Below, one piece after another: positions 26,501 to 40,400 of a DNA stretch of 64,000 nucleotides. The position numbers were made by a program, and so were the translations under genes. The notes below the pieces were generated by a model, which saw only the letters and a program-made list of their open reading frames with translations, did no database searches and was not told the origin of the DNA. Origin of the DNA: Balanoglossus misakiensis (lineage: Eukaryota > Animalia > Hemichordata); NCBI GenBank assembly GCA_040954595.2, contig CM082595.2:1676635-1740634 (forward strand), read 5' to 3'. Each line of letters starts with the position of its first letter. Positions within the stretch are counted from its first letter, which is position 1.

Positions 26501-29500
26501 AACTGCAAATGTTGAGTAAATATTGCCTTGTTAAGGGTTACCTTGTCTGTCATCGGCTTTGTGAATTAACACCGTTGTAAGGGGAAAGAAAGCATTGCTG
26601 GGATACTGTTGCCGAACTATGCGTCTTTGTGGGGCTTCATTTTGTTTATGCGGTCAGCCTAGTTAGGTTTATCCCATTCAGTTCAATGACCCATTTACAT
26701 CTGACAATATCTCCAACATTGGTTCAACACGGCGTAATATCCAGAGAATGACCAGGCCAGGTCGTTCATTTTGTATTTTGACGATAGAGGCGGTGTTTTT
26801 GTGTTGGTTGCATACTCAGGGTGTTTCGGCGCTATTTTGTGTCAATTATTGACTGAGCCTGGGATTTCAATCGAGCTGAGATGCGACTGCTTGTAAGAGA
26901 GAAACAGAGAGAGATAGGGAAGGAGGGAGGACAGAGAGAGAGAGAGAGAGAGACAGAGACAGAGAGAGACAGAGAGATGGAGGACGTTCTCGTGCATATT
27001 AATAATATGAACGACCAGACTCACTCAGTTTAGATCATAATAAATCAACGAAATAAAACTGGCCAGATTTATTTTTACGGCGATGGCGTAAAAGTTTTAG
27101 AGCATCTTATAGGGATGATAAAGCGCGCGACTGTGTTTATCTTTTAAAGAGCAAGTATGGGTCATCATTTTCTAATTCAGCCAATTTGTGGATTTAGTTG
27201 TTGAAGTTGACGGGTAGTGGTCAGGACAGTGGTCAAGCATCGAGCCCTTTTGTGAGACGGATTTAAAATAATGAAGGAAATTTTACTCTCCCCGGTTGAG
27301 GTGATGCGGTCTTACCTTTCGTCCAGCCTCGTTATTATGCAAATTCATCAACTGCCTGTCAGATGGATCCTTCTTCTTTCCCTTACCGCGTCCCTTTCCT
27401 TTCTTTTCGCGGGCGTCGACGAAATTCTTGGTGACCATGTTGCCGTAGTCGATGTTGTCCGAACAGCCGGACCACTGAAAGCCTTCGGGACTGACCCCCG
27501 TCACGCTCCGATCGCAACCGCATCGCTGGAGTTCGCCACTACTGCACGATGTCGTTACCGTGTGGGCCGCTCCCGCCGCGGATATGGAGTGAACAAATGC
27601 CGCTTCCCTCGTACCTGGAAAAGATATCAGAAAAATGCTCTAAAATAAAAGCCAACAGTCTGAGATCTTAAAGCCCCGACAGCTGCCACTTTTAGCATAT
27701 TTTAATCAATAAAATACTTCAATCTTCTCCTTATCCTTATTCTATATGTGAGTGTGAATTGGTGATTTTGGATGGAATTTCTGGCGTGCTCACAACCCCT
27801 ATCCAACACCAAATTGATGTTTGTTATGACCATATTTTCATTGCTTATATATACGCGACACGTGGCATGCGATAAATACAGTAACTGACCAGTGCATACG
27901 ATTGGTCTAAAGTTTGAAAAGCGCAAAGAAATAAACTAACATCTGCGAGTTTAATTTGTTCCGTTTTGACTCACGCCTTTTATGTTTTGTTTTGTGTGGT
28001 GCTCTTCATGTTATAGTTTCTGCTTGACGGGGTATAATACAATGAACTAGTTGACGATTTGCCCAATTCACCTTTACACAGCGTGCGCTGTAAACATGAC
28101 TGAGTTTGAAAAACCTGACAAAAATGGGTTCGACTCGTGGTGGGTGGACTTTTAAATCACGACCCTGCTTTCTAAACCACTTAAGGCGAAGAACAGCTTC
28201 ATGAAAAATGCATACCCACTTAATCGCCAAAGGAGAAACGGTCCCAGCCAACGCGACTTACGCCAGGATCGATTTTCAGAAGGCATTGTTGGCGATTGAC
28301 ACTTACACGGCTTAGGGGAGGAAATTACCGTCGTGAGAACAATTTCTTGGGTTTCCGGGCAGTGGGCGGCCAGGTCAACCGAACACCCCGGAGTCAGCAC
28401 AGTTAAGTACGCCGGTGGAAATGAAACAGCGGAAACCATCGTAGACGTAATTAACCCAAACAAAAAATGTGATTTAACCCTGTCCGCCATTTATTGAAAT
28501 GATGGAATGCTTGGGCAGAACTTGTGCCACTTTCAGTCTAAAGCAAGACTTTGCAGACCGAGGTACGCATTGACTACTGTGCAGCGTGGTTTACCCGTGT
28601 TCTGTGACCAAAAGTATATGGTAAACACGTTGTGCTAAACAATGGACTACGATACATGTTGAAAACAGTACAACAACGAATACAAGAGATGTAATCTTAG
28701 ATATTTCAGGCGTCGATTGATATTGACCCAGTTCCCATGGATTTTTTTCTTAATCATGCTGTATAAACACTTCAGTCCATCTCACCTGGCTAAAACATTT
28801 CTGTCATATTGTGGATTGGTGTTTTGGTAAATTTGAGCAGAGTCACTCCACGATTCTCGAGCAGATAAGGAAATCACTGAGGATCAACACACAGTTGGTA
28901 TAACGCCTAATACTGCTTATTTAAGAAAGTGACATCTTTAATGTCCACCAGGGACATCTAGAGACGGAGAATGCCTCCATGACGAGAACAATCGCGCAAG
29001 GCCACACGACTTCGCAGATTTTATCAATTTCCAGACCTGTAAATACACTGGCTTTTTGAAGCCATAATACCTTACATTCTATAGACTAAGAAGAACAGAC
29101 CAGGCAGAAAACTATTCAATTTCAATGTAAATACAAAGGGTCAAAATCAATGGAATAACTCCGGAGTAAGGTGCGTGAGTAATTGATTTGCCTTTGAGCG
29201 CATGTCAGGCCACGTTAGTTCGACGACTATTTCGGTGTGGTTTAAAGAGAGTCACCTTGTGAGGGGAGAGTCGGTCTGATTTGTGTTGCCATGGTTATAA
29301 GTTAAAAGCACCTTCCAAGGAGAGTGTTCACAGACACCCAGTCTCCGTCTTTCCACATTTCTTTCAATGTATATCTCTTCCCCCTCTCTGTCTCTCTCTC
29401 CCTCCCTCCCTCCCCCTCTCTCTCTATCAGTCTCTCTTTAAAAAGACTGGTCGCTTCTCAGATTCCTCATTACATAGACATAACCATGAAGTTGCCGCAC

Positions 29501-32500
29501 TTTAAGATGTACACCTTCAGCGGTTACCGACGATATTACCATAGAAACGCCCATGCTTGTGTTGTTTTCGGCAAGGCCAAGTCAACTTTGGCGTCAAGGA
29601 CAGATGAATTCCAATTCACAGTCGACAATGAAAGCTTAATGAAGTGCACATACAAAACCAGGCTTATGCATTATATACAGAACAAGAAAAACAGGAGCTC
29701 ATCAAATCAAATATACCATCTTCATTAAAAAGCCACAGGTTATTAATATTGATGCCTTTTTCGTTCCAAGTTCTGACCACTGAACGAAGGCACTGCCCAC
29801 TGTTTAAGTTGCGTGCCAACTATTCTGGATACCAGACTATACGCCAAGAGGACCCAACTTGACGAATATCTACTTGATCAAATAATAGCAAAAGATGGTT
29901 GCCTGGAAGAAACAGGGAACAACCGCAGAGGGATCAAACGAGATGACCGGTGAGGACCCCACAAGCAATTAACCTTTGTCAGACTGTAATCGCGATCAAT
30001 ATAATTATTCGATGCGGTGTGGGTTTCGCGTAACACATGTGCGTGTATTACCTTATTATTTACATTCATCAAAGCAAAGAGTCGTCTTACAGGCCCTGGG
30101 CATACTCATCTTCCCATGGTGGCAATCTATTAAATATAACTATTTTCCGGACAGAAAATTCGAACGCTTATGATCAATTTTATATGGATTATTTTTAGCA
30201 TTGTCGTAATCGTGTCTATTCGGGGAAACTAATTACTTTCTCAATTTGGATGAACTAGAATTGGTAAAATGAGCGATTCTTGACAGTCTCTCTCTCCCTC
30301 TCTCTCTCTCTCTGTATCTATATATCTACGTATCTACTATGTATCTATGTACAAAGATTGACCTGTTCAAATATATAATTCTATTACTTTGATTACTTGG
30401 CCAAGTGGTATAGCTGGGAGACTTGACTATGCGTGTGGTCTATTTTCCCTAGCTTGGCTATTATTTTTATGACAGCTGTATTCTCAAAAAGGATACTTTT
30501 CCAGACTGATATTGTATTTTAAAAGACTGTGACTGGACTGTCTTCAAGTTATTTAATAAAGGAGATCATCATTATGGTGAACATCCTGTGTTGACTATAA
30601 TTAGTCCATAAGTTGTTATCGCCAAGTAGAATTTTGATAGCATATACGTATATGTCTGAATATGAGACTTCCTGTGGTATTTGGTTCCTTTGGAAAAGGG
30701 CGAGACACCCCCGGGAGTTTTGGTCCCCCGGGGAAATTTTGACGAGAGCATGACAGTGCGGAGGGGTATGGTCCTTGGAATGATGCTTTTCCAGCATCTA
30801 CTTTGTTCCAAGATTTTTCCTCAAAGCTGTTTCGATAAACACAAACGACGAATGTGTCGAATAAAGCACCATGTATGTAACACGGTGAAACGGTATATAA
30901 TCGGGGAAGATGTTTAGCAGATTTGTTTAAAGGTAATGGGCTGGAAACTTTGATTTACTCGAACACAAAAATGTGTTCTGTAAAGTGTGACAATTGCAAC
31001 AGAGCTTGTAGTTAAACGTGCGCGGAGGGAATTCCTTGAATTGGCGGCTTAGACGCGTAACTCGGTAGCCATAAAAATCCTCTCATGGCTCCCTTACAAT
31101 AGGAGTATACTCTTTGAAGTAGGTACCATCCGACAAAACCACAAACGAAGTGATCTACGCCGACACGGCGTGTGCCCTGAACGCGTTCGTGTTGACGGAC
31201 AGGGTCGGGCGGCCTGTAGCGGACCCCCACGTCTGCCCATTTATTAATAAATAACCCTGAGTGTCACGGCTTACGTTATTCGATTATCTCCGTTACATTC
31301 TTGCTATACTGCGTTGTGTTTATGAGCGTTTTGTATTCGCATGATGTCGATACACTTGGCTTCACTCCGGGCAAGGGACACGCGGTTTCTCTCGCACCGG
31401 CTTTTGTTTTGTTGTTGTTATTTTTACAGAGCTAATCTCGCAAACACGGCGACGCAAGATAAAGGCAGGTATAGCCACAGTCTCAGTATCTAGGATCGAC
31501 GATACAATGCTCGAGAATCGACAAAAGCAAACGTGCAACAAGCACAAGGCAGCTTTGACACTCGGGTAAATTAGATTATACGAGCATGACCATCAGATTC
31601 CTGTAACTTAACCGCTTCGGTGCCTCTTAATTTGAAACTTTCTGAAACGTCCTTCTCTGGCTCCACGGTTTACAGAAATTTCTAGTCGGTGTGCTATTGT
31701 GAGATCAGTACCTCTCGAGTCGAAACAGAGGACGTTCTGTTGGAATGTTCTTGGGTTGCCTTGTCTCTCCTCACGTCTGCCTTTCCCGTGCTATGTTCCT
31801 ACACACATGACTAGTTCTGACTAATGCCAAAAAGTTCTGTATTTACGTCGCTCTGTTTTCTGGCTACTTGGGTTTCATAGCGCCTCCCATACCCTGCTTC
31901 GCTATCACAAATAAACACGAAAATACTAGTTTGGTCGAATTACAAATCACGGTATACGGTTCGCGTGAATTTGGTGGGGGGGGGAGCGGGGAATGAGAGG
32001 TTGGCGCGGACAACAATGAACTGGCGACCCGCTGAAAACTTTTAATCCCATTTTAGTCAATTCCGACCTCGCGGGCATTTCTCCGGGCTTGATATGGGGT
32101 AATTCAGTAACTCCCCGCTTGTTCTCAGATGTGAGTTCTCACGTCGAATAATGCGTACAGGTACTGAGCACCGGGTGACCGGTGTATGCGTGAGTCTCTT
32201 TCAAAGGGGGTTGAGCTGAAACTCGCCACTGTTTCGGTCTAGTGCTCTCGAAAACATCTCCGCTCACCCGGATTGCCTCTTGCTCTCCCCTCTGTTGATG
32301 ACCGTGTGATTTACGCGGACCAACCGCAACGTACAATACACTGTAGTACAGGGCCCCGTGTAACCGAAGCATGGTACAACTAACACGGAGATATGTTTAG
32401 AGTGACCTAACGGAATGGGAAAAATGCCCGGCTTAGCATAGCCACCTTTACACGAAAAAAAAGATGTGTGGGCGCTACCATGCGCAAATATGAACAAGAA

Positions 32501-33958
32501 TCGTAAGTCGGAAAACGCTCGGATATCTTGTTTCTGTTGGCGTTGCAAATCTCATTTGCTCGTCTCTCGTAATTTAATAATCTTCCTAACTTTACTCACA
32601 AATCAAGGGATTCCATCAACGAGTTCTACGTTCGCAACCTGCAACCTATCAATATGACAGCGTTCGATGACGTCATGCGCATTCCAAAAATTGTCTTTTT
32701 TTGTTAAAGACCGCGTTGACATTGCAGCAGTATCTTCAAAGTCTGTTAAAACGAACAGTTCCTACCCCTTTCTGCTCTGCTCGACGAATTCAAATGGTTT
32801 ACGTCTGCTGACAGAAACACACCCCTTCTTATTAGGTGAATGAAACGGGCTGAACGACCTGCTAATCATCAAGATGGCTGACCACATCAATCAGCCTACG
32901 CGCCAAGGAGACTCACTTTTGAATTCCGCGAAATCGCTTTCACGCGACATGGCTTTGCGATTTTAAAGCCACGGGAAAATTCAGTGAAGGGATTCCCAGA
33001 GTCGACGAGAGTTGAATCGCCGGCATGCGACTGAAAATGTTTTTGATATTTAAAAATAAAATTAGTAAAGTGATCGTGCACATTGTCACGTGGTCTAGAA
33101 GTAGACTTACCTTCTTCAAGCACTTTTCCGAATATGGGAGAATTGTCCAAATTTCTGATGGAACAGTTCCACCGCCGGTTGCGAAATTGATACTGGCACT
33201 CGTCGACGGCCATGTTCGCGCCGCCGATGACAGCGTTCATTATCTCCACGTTTCTTTTGCAAATTTGAACTTGTTTCAGTATGAGTTCGGGCCTGGGTAA
33301 CTTGTCGCATGCATCCTCGTTATCGATGGCGGTGATATCCGAAGAACTTGAACCAACCCGGACAATTGCTCTGCAAAATAAAAAAACAACAACAAGAATT
33401 ATAGGTGTTTGTCATGATTGGCTCTTAAAGGACAAAATGTGATCGCTTGGCAGAGAATGAAGATGCTTGCTCATAAAATCAACTGACATTCGCGTTATTG
33501 TATTTCTGCAATACTAATCCCCATTCACCAACTGCAGAGTCGACAAAGGCAACACACGTAAGCTCTACACTTCTGTTAGCAAAAGCAGACAATAGGGACG
33601 TAGATGGCTTGTATCGCCAACTTAAACAGTTGCCTATATTGCCGTGGAAGGGGTCACCATCGTTAAAAGACACCGCCATAAAACTCGATGAAGCTTCCCA
33701 TGCGACGTGTGGCTGTACTACGCTACGTTAATGAAGAAACCATCAGGCATCGTGGTTTTATTTTGCGGTGACACTTTCTGAGAAAACATCCGCCAAACCA
33801 GGATCGTATCAGAAACATTTTCATGAGAGATTATATAAAAACAGTGAATATTTACGGAATACTTACAACCAAGCCGGTGACGGAGAACACACGCACAAGC
33901 ATGAGACACATAATACGAGCAGTAAATACCGTACATAATAGTATGGGAATATTGCCAT
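23527..33958 (-). CDS. WNT4: Wnt4 secreted ligand, 4 exons, about 373 aa
   Basis: Exons 33958-33867 (signal peptide [31 protein letters not shown]; alternative in-frame ATG at 33967), 33370-33111, 27614-27316, 23997-23527. Phases consistent (1122 nt). Wnt motifs [41 protein letters not shown]. Wnt4-diagnostic segments [49 protein letters not shown]. Confidence 0.95.
25287..25362. repeat. Imperfect (GA)n microsatellite in a Wnt4 intron
   Basis: Purine-rich gaga/agac run. Confidence 0.8.
26896..26977. repeat. Imperfect (GA)n/(GACAGA)n microsatellite in a Wnt4 intron
   Basis: Direct reading. Confidence 0.85.
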
Positions 33959-36900
33959 GGTATACATTGTTCGTCCAACTATCGCTAACTTCTCTACTAA
34001 TATTATAAAATATTTCCCCAACTGCACGCGCCGGTCACTATTAGCTATATGTCCACACAGCGATCCTCTTATATACGGGTCCAAGATACCTACATACTAA
34101 TAAATCGTGATCACTGTTAGCGCGATAGTTATCGTCGCTGTCACGCGAAGTACTAGTATACGGCTCGGCGGTTTAGCTTGCAGTCAGTGTGTATGGTCGT
34201 ATTCAAGATTGGCACACTACAAAACCGCGTGTCAACAGAAACTCGGCCTGCCAATCAAACACCTCGAAAAATCTCCGTAATCGAATTTTGCTCGAGTCCA
34301 CTTCTGCTACCGGGGAGACTTCAAAAGTAGCGGCATAGGTGAAAAGATGGTGAAAATATGCACGGTGATCTCCTGTTGACGATTGCGACTTCTTTTTTCT
34401 GTCCGTGTGTATCCGAGGATGTTTGCAACAATCCGTGGCGAGACCGACTGAGAGGAGGTGATCCGTGTCGACGATTGCATGCAACTAGCGATACGGGGGC
34501 TTGAGTACCACTATGTATCGAAAGCCGTTGAATAGTATTAAGACGAGACCATACAAGCGCTAGGGACCGCCCCATTGGTGTGAACTGGAGTTCTATTCAA
34601 ATTAAGATATCTCATCGAATCCGAAGACACGTTACTTGTGAATGACTTGGAAGGGGGGGGGGGGTGAAACGCGCATAAAAACATTCTCTCAGTTCACAGG
34701 CTCCACGCACCGATACAAAAGGAAAAGCTTGGGTATTATAGAGAGTGTGGGCACGGGTCTCATTGAGGTGCAATCGAAATTTGTAAACACTGGCTCACTT
34801 CAAAAAGGCGATTACACACAAGCCTTATACACACAGGTTTTGTGACGATTAACACGATACCCTTATCGCTATTGTTTAACTGCAGCCCTGAGAGGATTGT
34901 CTCAAGAAAAAAAGGGGTGTCATCGATCCAATGTTTCCTCCAAAAACCGTTCTTTCTGACTCATCCGATTAAAACCATTGTTGTATTAACACTATTTGCT
35001 TAACTCCCAGATCAACGACTGACGTAAAACCATGACGGATGTGCGTCTACATGTACCTGGGACCGGAGCGTCCACAAAGAAATGGACCTGGTAAGCCCAG
35101 CGGTTTTGGCCAATTGCAGTACCACTTTGGTTAGTGGTGGCCACATATGGACACTTTTAGTGAAGTTCTTCTCAAAACACGGATCGTCGTCACGGTATTT
35201 AGATTCAGTTGGACAATAAGCAAGACACGATGTTAGAGTACACAGAAGTAAAACACCGGGAAACTTTTCTGAAAAGTTCCAGCTACTTATACACGGTGCC
35301 TTACGGAATGTCTGGCTTCATTTTAGCGACTCGCGTGTCGGATTTCTTTCAAGTGTGAAAACCGATCGACTCCAGTGATGTCTTCAATTCAGACTGGTTT
35401 ACCAACATTTCGTCATCGTCGTCAGTTGCTCACACCTTATGAGCCAATCAAATCTCAAGAAACGACCAGGGAGGTGTTAGAGTTTTTCACGCCATTCAAT
35501 TCACCAATTCTTCCCAGAACACAAACGGCATGCGAAATGAATGGCGAGAAGTGTTAATTACAACGCACTGTATAAATTATTCAGGTCCTTAACATCTGCT
35601 ATTGAAGCTGAGGGCAACTGTTAATAGTTTTCTGACATTTTCGCGGTAACTCAGGAAATGTGGAAACAAAGCTGGGAACTTCCTTCCCAAGGGATCGCTA
35701 CTCCGTCAAATTTTAAAATATCATGAGGCAAATTCGAAGTTATTAAGCTTTCATTGTAAGACAGCGCACATACAGACAAGGCAACAACCTATTCGACTGG
35801 ATTCCGCGACAGTTCTAGTCTGTTATATGTCAAAGGTGATCTGTATTGCATTCTGAGATACGGAGAGACGGTGCTATTGCGTGGGGAATGACAAAGATGA
35901 GTTTGGTGTTTTCATCTGTTGATTCACTAATGCGATAATGCAATCGATGAAACAACAGGCGATTGTCAGATTTGAACGCCCTCGCGAAATTCCTGGCATT
36001 TTTGTCCAAAATTGATGTTAACAATAATGGTGGTGTTAGCGCAATTGTTGTGATGGCGACGCCTTTGACGGTTTCCAAGGCAGTTTGAAAAGGGACGCAG
36101 TGGCAGAAATGCGCGCCATGTCAGTCATTCGACGCTACAGGTGTTTTGTGGGCGGAGACTGTTACCCATGGAGACGACTGTTACGCATTTTTTTACCATG
36201 TAGTATAATTGTGTGGAATCGCAATAACCTAAAGTCGGGGAATTTCTAGAAGGTTCTATGCTATTTAGGCGGAGCAAGGTATACAGACACACAGTCGCCA
36301 AAGACAGGGTTACCATAGTAGCAGCAACGTAGAAATAACTCCTGAATATGGAAAAGTCCAAACTACACCGTAGGATTTCGCAAAATCGTTCGACATATAG
36401 CTCAAACTTTCTTTTTCGTCAAGTATCAGAAAAGTTCACTTTTTTATTGTAATTGGTTCCAGAAGTGATATTATGATTGCAAGCCAGCTTACTACTGGAA
36501 TCGTCGGACACAGATAAGTACAACGAGAGGATATTGTGAAACATCTCCTGGGTGATTATGAAACACAAGACTGTACATCCACGTGAAGACACACAGACAA
36601 GAACCGACGCCTTGTACATTGTAATTACTTTCTGATTAGCCCCGAACAGAACGTGTACGGACACGTCTGTCGTCAAAGAGACACGGGGAATCAGAGGTCA
36701 GGTAACGATTGCTACGAAATCGTAACTGTGTGCAAACTATGATAAGATCCCAGATTCGACAAAACTTTGAACGTGTACAGAGGTCAAAGGACGTGTCTTG
36801 AAATTCATTTTGGGTCCACCAACACATCCAATGTCAAACATAACAGATTAAAACAATATGGTGATAATCAACCTCTGATTTTTTTCCATGGCAGATTGGA

Positions 36901-37358
36901 TGAGAACGCAAAATGAACTTCACAAAAAGGTTAATGTTAATAATTAGACGGCCATTGAACACGGGCAAGTTGCAATATGTCTACAAGATAACACTGACAT
37001 CGAGAAAAGGGGATGTCTGACTGCCTACGGTAGTTACTATTTATATTCGGAGACTTTATAATTAAGTATTGTTGACGTGTATCAGATAATCTGATCAGAT
37101 AAAGTGCAGACGGAAAACCGATACAACTGATACAAGGGGACTAGAAAAAAATAGATACCATTTATTCGAACAGCTGTTACTTCTCATTAAACACTAGCAG
37201 ATAAGACAGCAAATTGTGAACTATTTCGGACAGTGGAAACACGCCTTCAACCTCCAACTTCAACCCAAAGTAACATATTCTGTATTTCTTTGTATTGCAT
37301 ATGGTACATACTTCTATACAATGGTGGGGAGGGTCTCAAGAATGAAATTTTCATTACA

Positions 37359-37413
37359 AGACAGACAGAGGGACAGGCAGGCGGACAGACAGACAGGCAG
37401 ACAGACAGACAGA
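37359..37413. repeat. (AGAC)n tetranucleotide microsatellite
   Basis: agacagacagagggacaggcaggcggacagacagacaggcagacagacagacagac. Confidence 0.85.
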
Positions 37414-40400
37414 CCTATCATGACATACACGGACAGGTGGTCCTAAGCGAACCCTCAATTATTGACGCATGGTCTATTCTGCGAAGTGTTGTATACAAAT
37501 CTCTTGAAGCTACCACCAACACACTGTATACTTTCCTCTGTCAACGTATCGGGGCAATTTAGTAAACTATAAACGGTTCATTACGCTTCATACCAACGGG
37601 TAAGCTGCTGCAACCAGCGGCTCAGTAAATTTATCCACAGATAAATAGAAAACCCCAACTGGCAGTCTGCCTGGCTTTCTCGTTGAATTGGAAATCAAGA
37701 CTTTGGATTACGAAGTAAACCGCATCTTTGTGAGACCATTCCGAAATTTTCAAAGATCTGACAAACTACTGCGAGTTACCTGGTTTTAAATTGATTCCAG
37801 CATTTGCTTTCATTTAATTGAAATGTCTGGCTGGGGTTTCAGTCAATCTAATCTACTAATCGGTTTTCGTGCCAGCCAAAATGGGAAAACGTGTAAGACA
37901 ATTCCCGAGATCTCACAGCAAAATCGCTTCAAAATTCATAACACGTCGTAAAATCGGCAGTTTTTACTTTCAAGTTCCAGCCTAGTAGCTGCAGCTAATT
38001 TGAGAGAGTCTCTCTCGCAGGTCTCGCTCTGCATCGCTCCGCAAGGTCAGTCGTAAAAAGTTTACAACCGTGAAGAAATACTCGCCGATCAAAGACACCG
38101 ATCTACCCAACGCACGGCTTTAAAGTCAACCCGCATAATTACTTCTGCAAGCAATTGTGTGACGAGATGGCGAAATTAAGACGGCTGGTCAAGGCGAGTG
38201 ATGGAGGTCACGTGATGGTGACGCAAGGGGGATTCTCTGTGTTTTCTACGCATGCCCGTCGTCTTTCGCGTGTTAGTCCATCGGTAGAAACCAAAGGATA
38301 TATGTTTGGAAAAACTGACTTGTGAGAAAATGGTCCGTGAGAACTACATTTCAAAACACATCTCATGTGTTTCGCGAGCTCTCTTTACTCAAACTGCGTT
38401 TCCATATAAGCGGCCAATCGTGCAAAGACAGACAAAAAAACCATGGTCCACAACGTTGACCGTTCCTTCACACTGCAATCACCAAACCGAGAAATATTTT
38501 AGTTTCCATCGTGCGAATACGTTTTCAATAAAAATGACCGAGAACTTATCGATCATAATTGGAAGAAAAAATCACAGGACACTCGTAACACACACACCTA
38601 TGGCAATCCGCGCAAGCCACAAGACATTTTGTCCGGTGGCAACCGGGTTCATGGTTCGACGACCGAGATTTCTTTGTTATCACACATCAGAATCAATGGA
38701 ACGGGAACAAATACTAATAAAGCCATATCAAATAAATTAAACGAAAACCAAACTTTAATAATATTGGACCCATCATCTTCAATTTTACCTGGCGACAGCG
38801 GAATACGTAAGTCAAAGCGGGCATGAATCTGACGGAAAAGACCAAACAAATTACAGACATGAAGAAGACTGTATCTCGCGAGGAGACGATGGAATCAAAC
38901 TTTGATAAATAGAGCGAAAATTATTTAACGGAATTCATAGATGTCGAATCGGGCAGACTTTGGCGGTGATGGGAATCCTACATTGGGTGATGCTTGTCGC
39001 CACGGTTTAGCTCGGAGTACGAAACCGTGTTTCAAATCCCAAAAGTTCAACGAGAGGTCAGATTTGAACGCTTCATTAAATTGATTCACAACGCCGGGTT
39101 GTGAGAGCCGAGACTCACTGACACCATACTCAGTCACGCTTTCTGAAAATAATTTCTCGAGTTTCAAGATGACTGCCCAATCCCATATCCGACCATAAAA
39201 TTTTAACTACTCACTAAAGGCGATGAAGTGTCGCATCTTAAGGGCCGTGACTGCTACAATGGCGGCCCGACTATGTCAGCTCTTTTTGCCGGCAGCCGAG
39301 TGCCGTCACTTTGCATAAATGTTCCATCTGTTAAACTGGTTATGTCGTAATGTGGTTAGCCCGTCAAATAGATGTCAAGTCAGGTAACATGGCCGTCTAA
39401 CCTGTGCCATAAAATCGCGACCGTGAATTCTTATAAACTGGAACATCGTCTGCATGCGTGGATCGATATCATATAGAAACTGGAGGTTGTAGGGATGTTG
39501 GATCGGGGGGGGGGGGCATAGAAATACTCAAAAGAGGCCAAAACATATAGCCATTTAATAAATAAATCTTGTTACTTTCATGTTCAACCCAAATTAACAC
39601 ATGTCAGAATTTGCCAGTGTGGTAGAATTTTGACGCCTGTAGTCAAAATTGTCCGATATTGTACAATATTTCGAATTTTCCTTTTGCAGCCCTGTATTTT
39701 CTTTTACTGAACGATATCACGTTCTAGTTTAATCTTAAAAGTGTGTTCTGTCGTCCGAGCCGTCGACGGCATGCTTTTGACCTGTCGCTCACCATGACTG
39801 TAGCGGCACTGGGGACTCGTTGTCTTGGAGATTACACGTGTTGCCATGGTGCCGACTCAATCTACTCGACGGACTGTAAAAGGTGCATAATCCAAAAGCG
39901 CGCCGTCTCTAACGGACATAAATAACTAATCTGAGCTGTCAGGAGTTTTAAGAGCGCCTCCACCTTGAACTACAGTACATTCTCCGTGTACTTACCCAAT
40001 TTTTTAACTTGCTCAATAAAACTAACCGATGATTCAGAGGGACAATTGTAACTTCTGCTTGGGTAAGAAATTGCCGTTCATGGCTATAAATCATTATCAT
40101 CGATATTTCAAAGTCTTTCGGTGAGTCGGTGTCTGACTACGGATGTCCGTTTTCTTGTTTTGTTTCTTGTTTTTCTTTCAGAATGTTAACCGCCGTCAAT
40201 CAGATATATCGGTGTGTTAACCAAACAAGTTTTAGCCACTCACCATCCGGCAAACCAACCACGTGACCTAAACAGCTAAAAATGATACCCGACCAATCGA
40301 ACCACCAAGCCGACTTTGGATTATATTTCTTGCACAAACGCAAAAGAAGCCGGTACGAATAGCTAAGAAATCGATATATCAACCAACGAATACAAATTAT

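Noticed and set aside
39215-39236. ATG...GTGAGT candidate first exon for Wnt4
   Set aside because: Wrong phase for exon 2; the exon at 33958-33867 gives a signal peptide and the correct phase.
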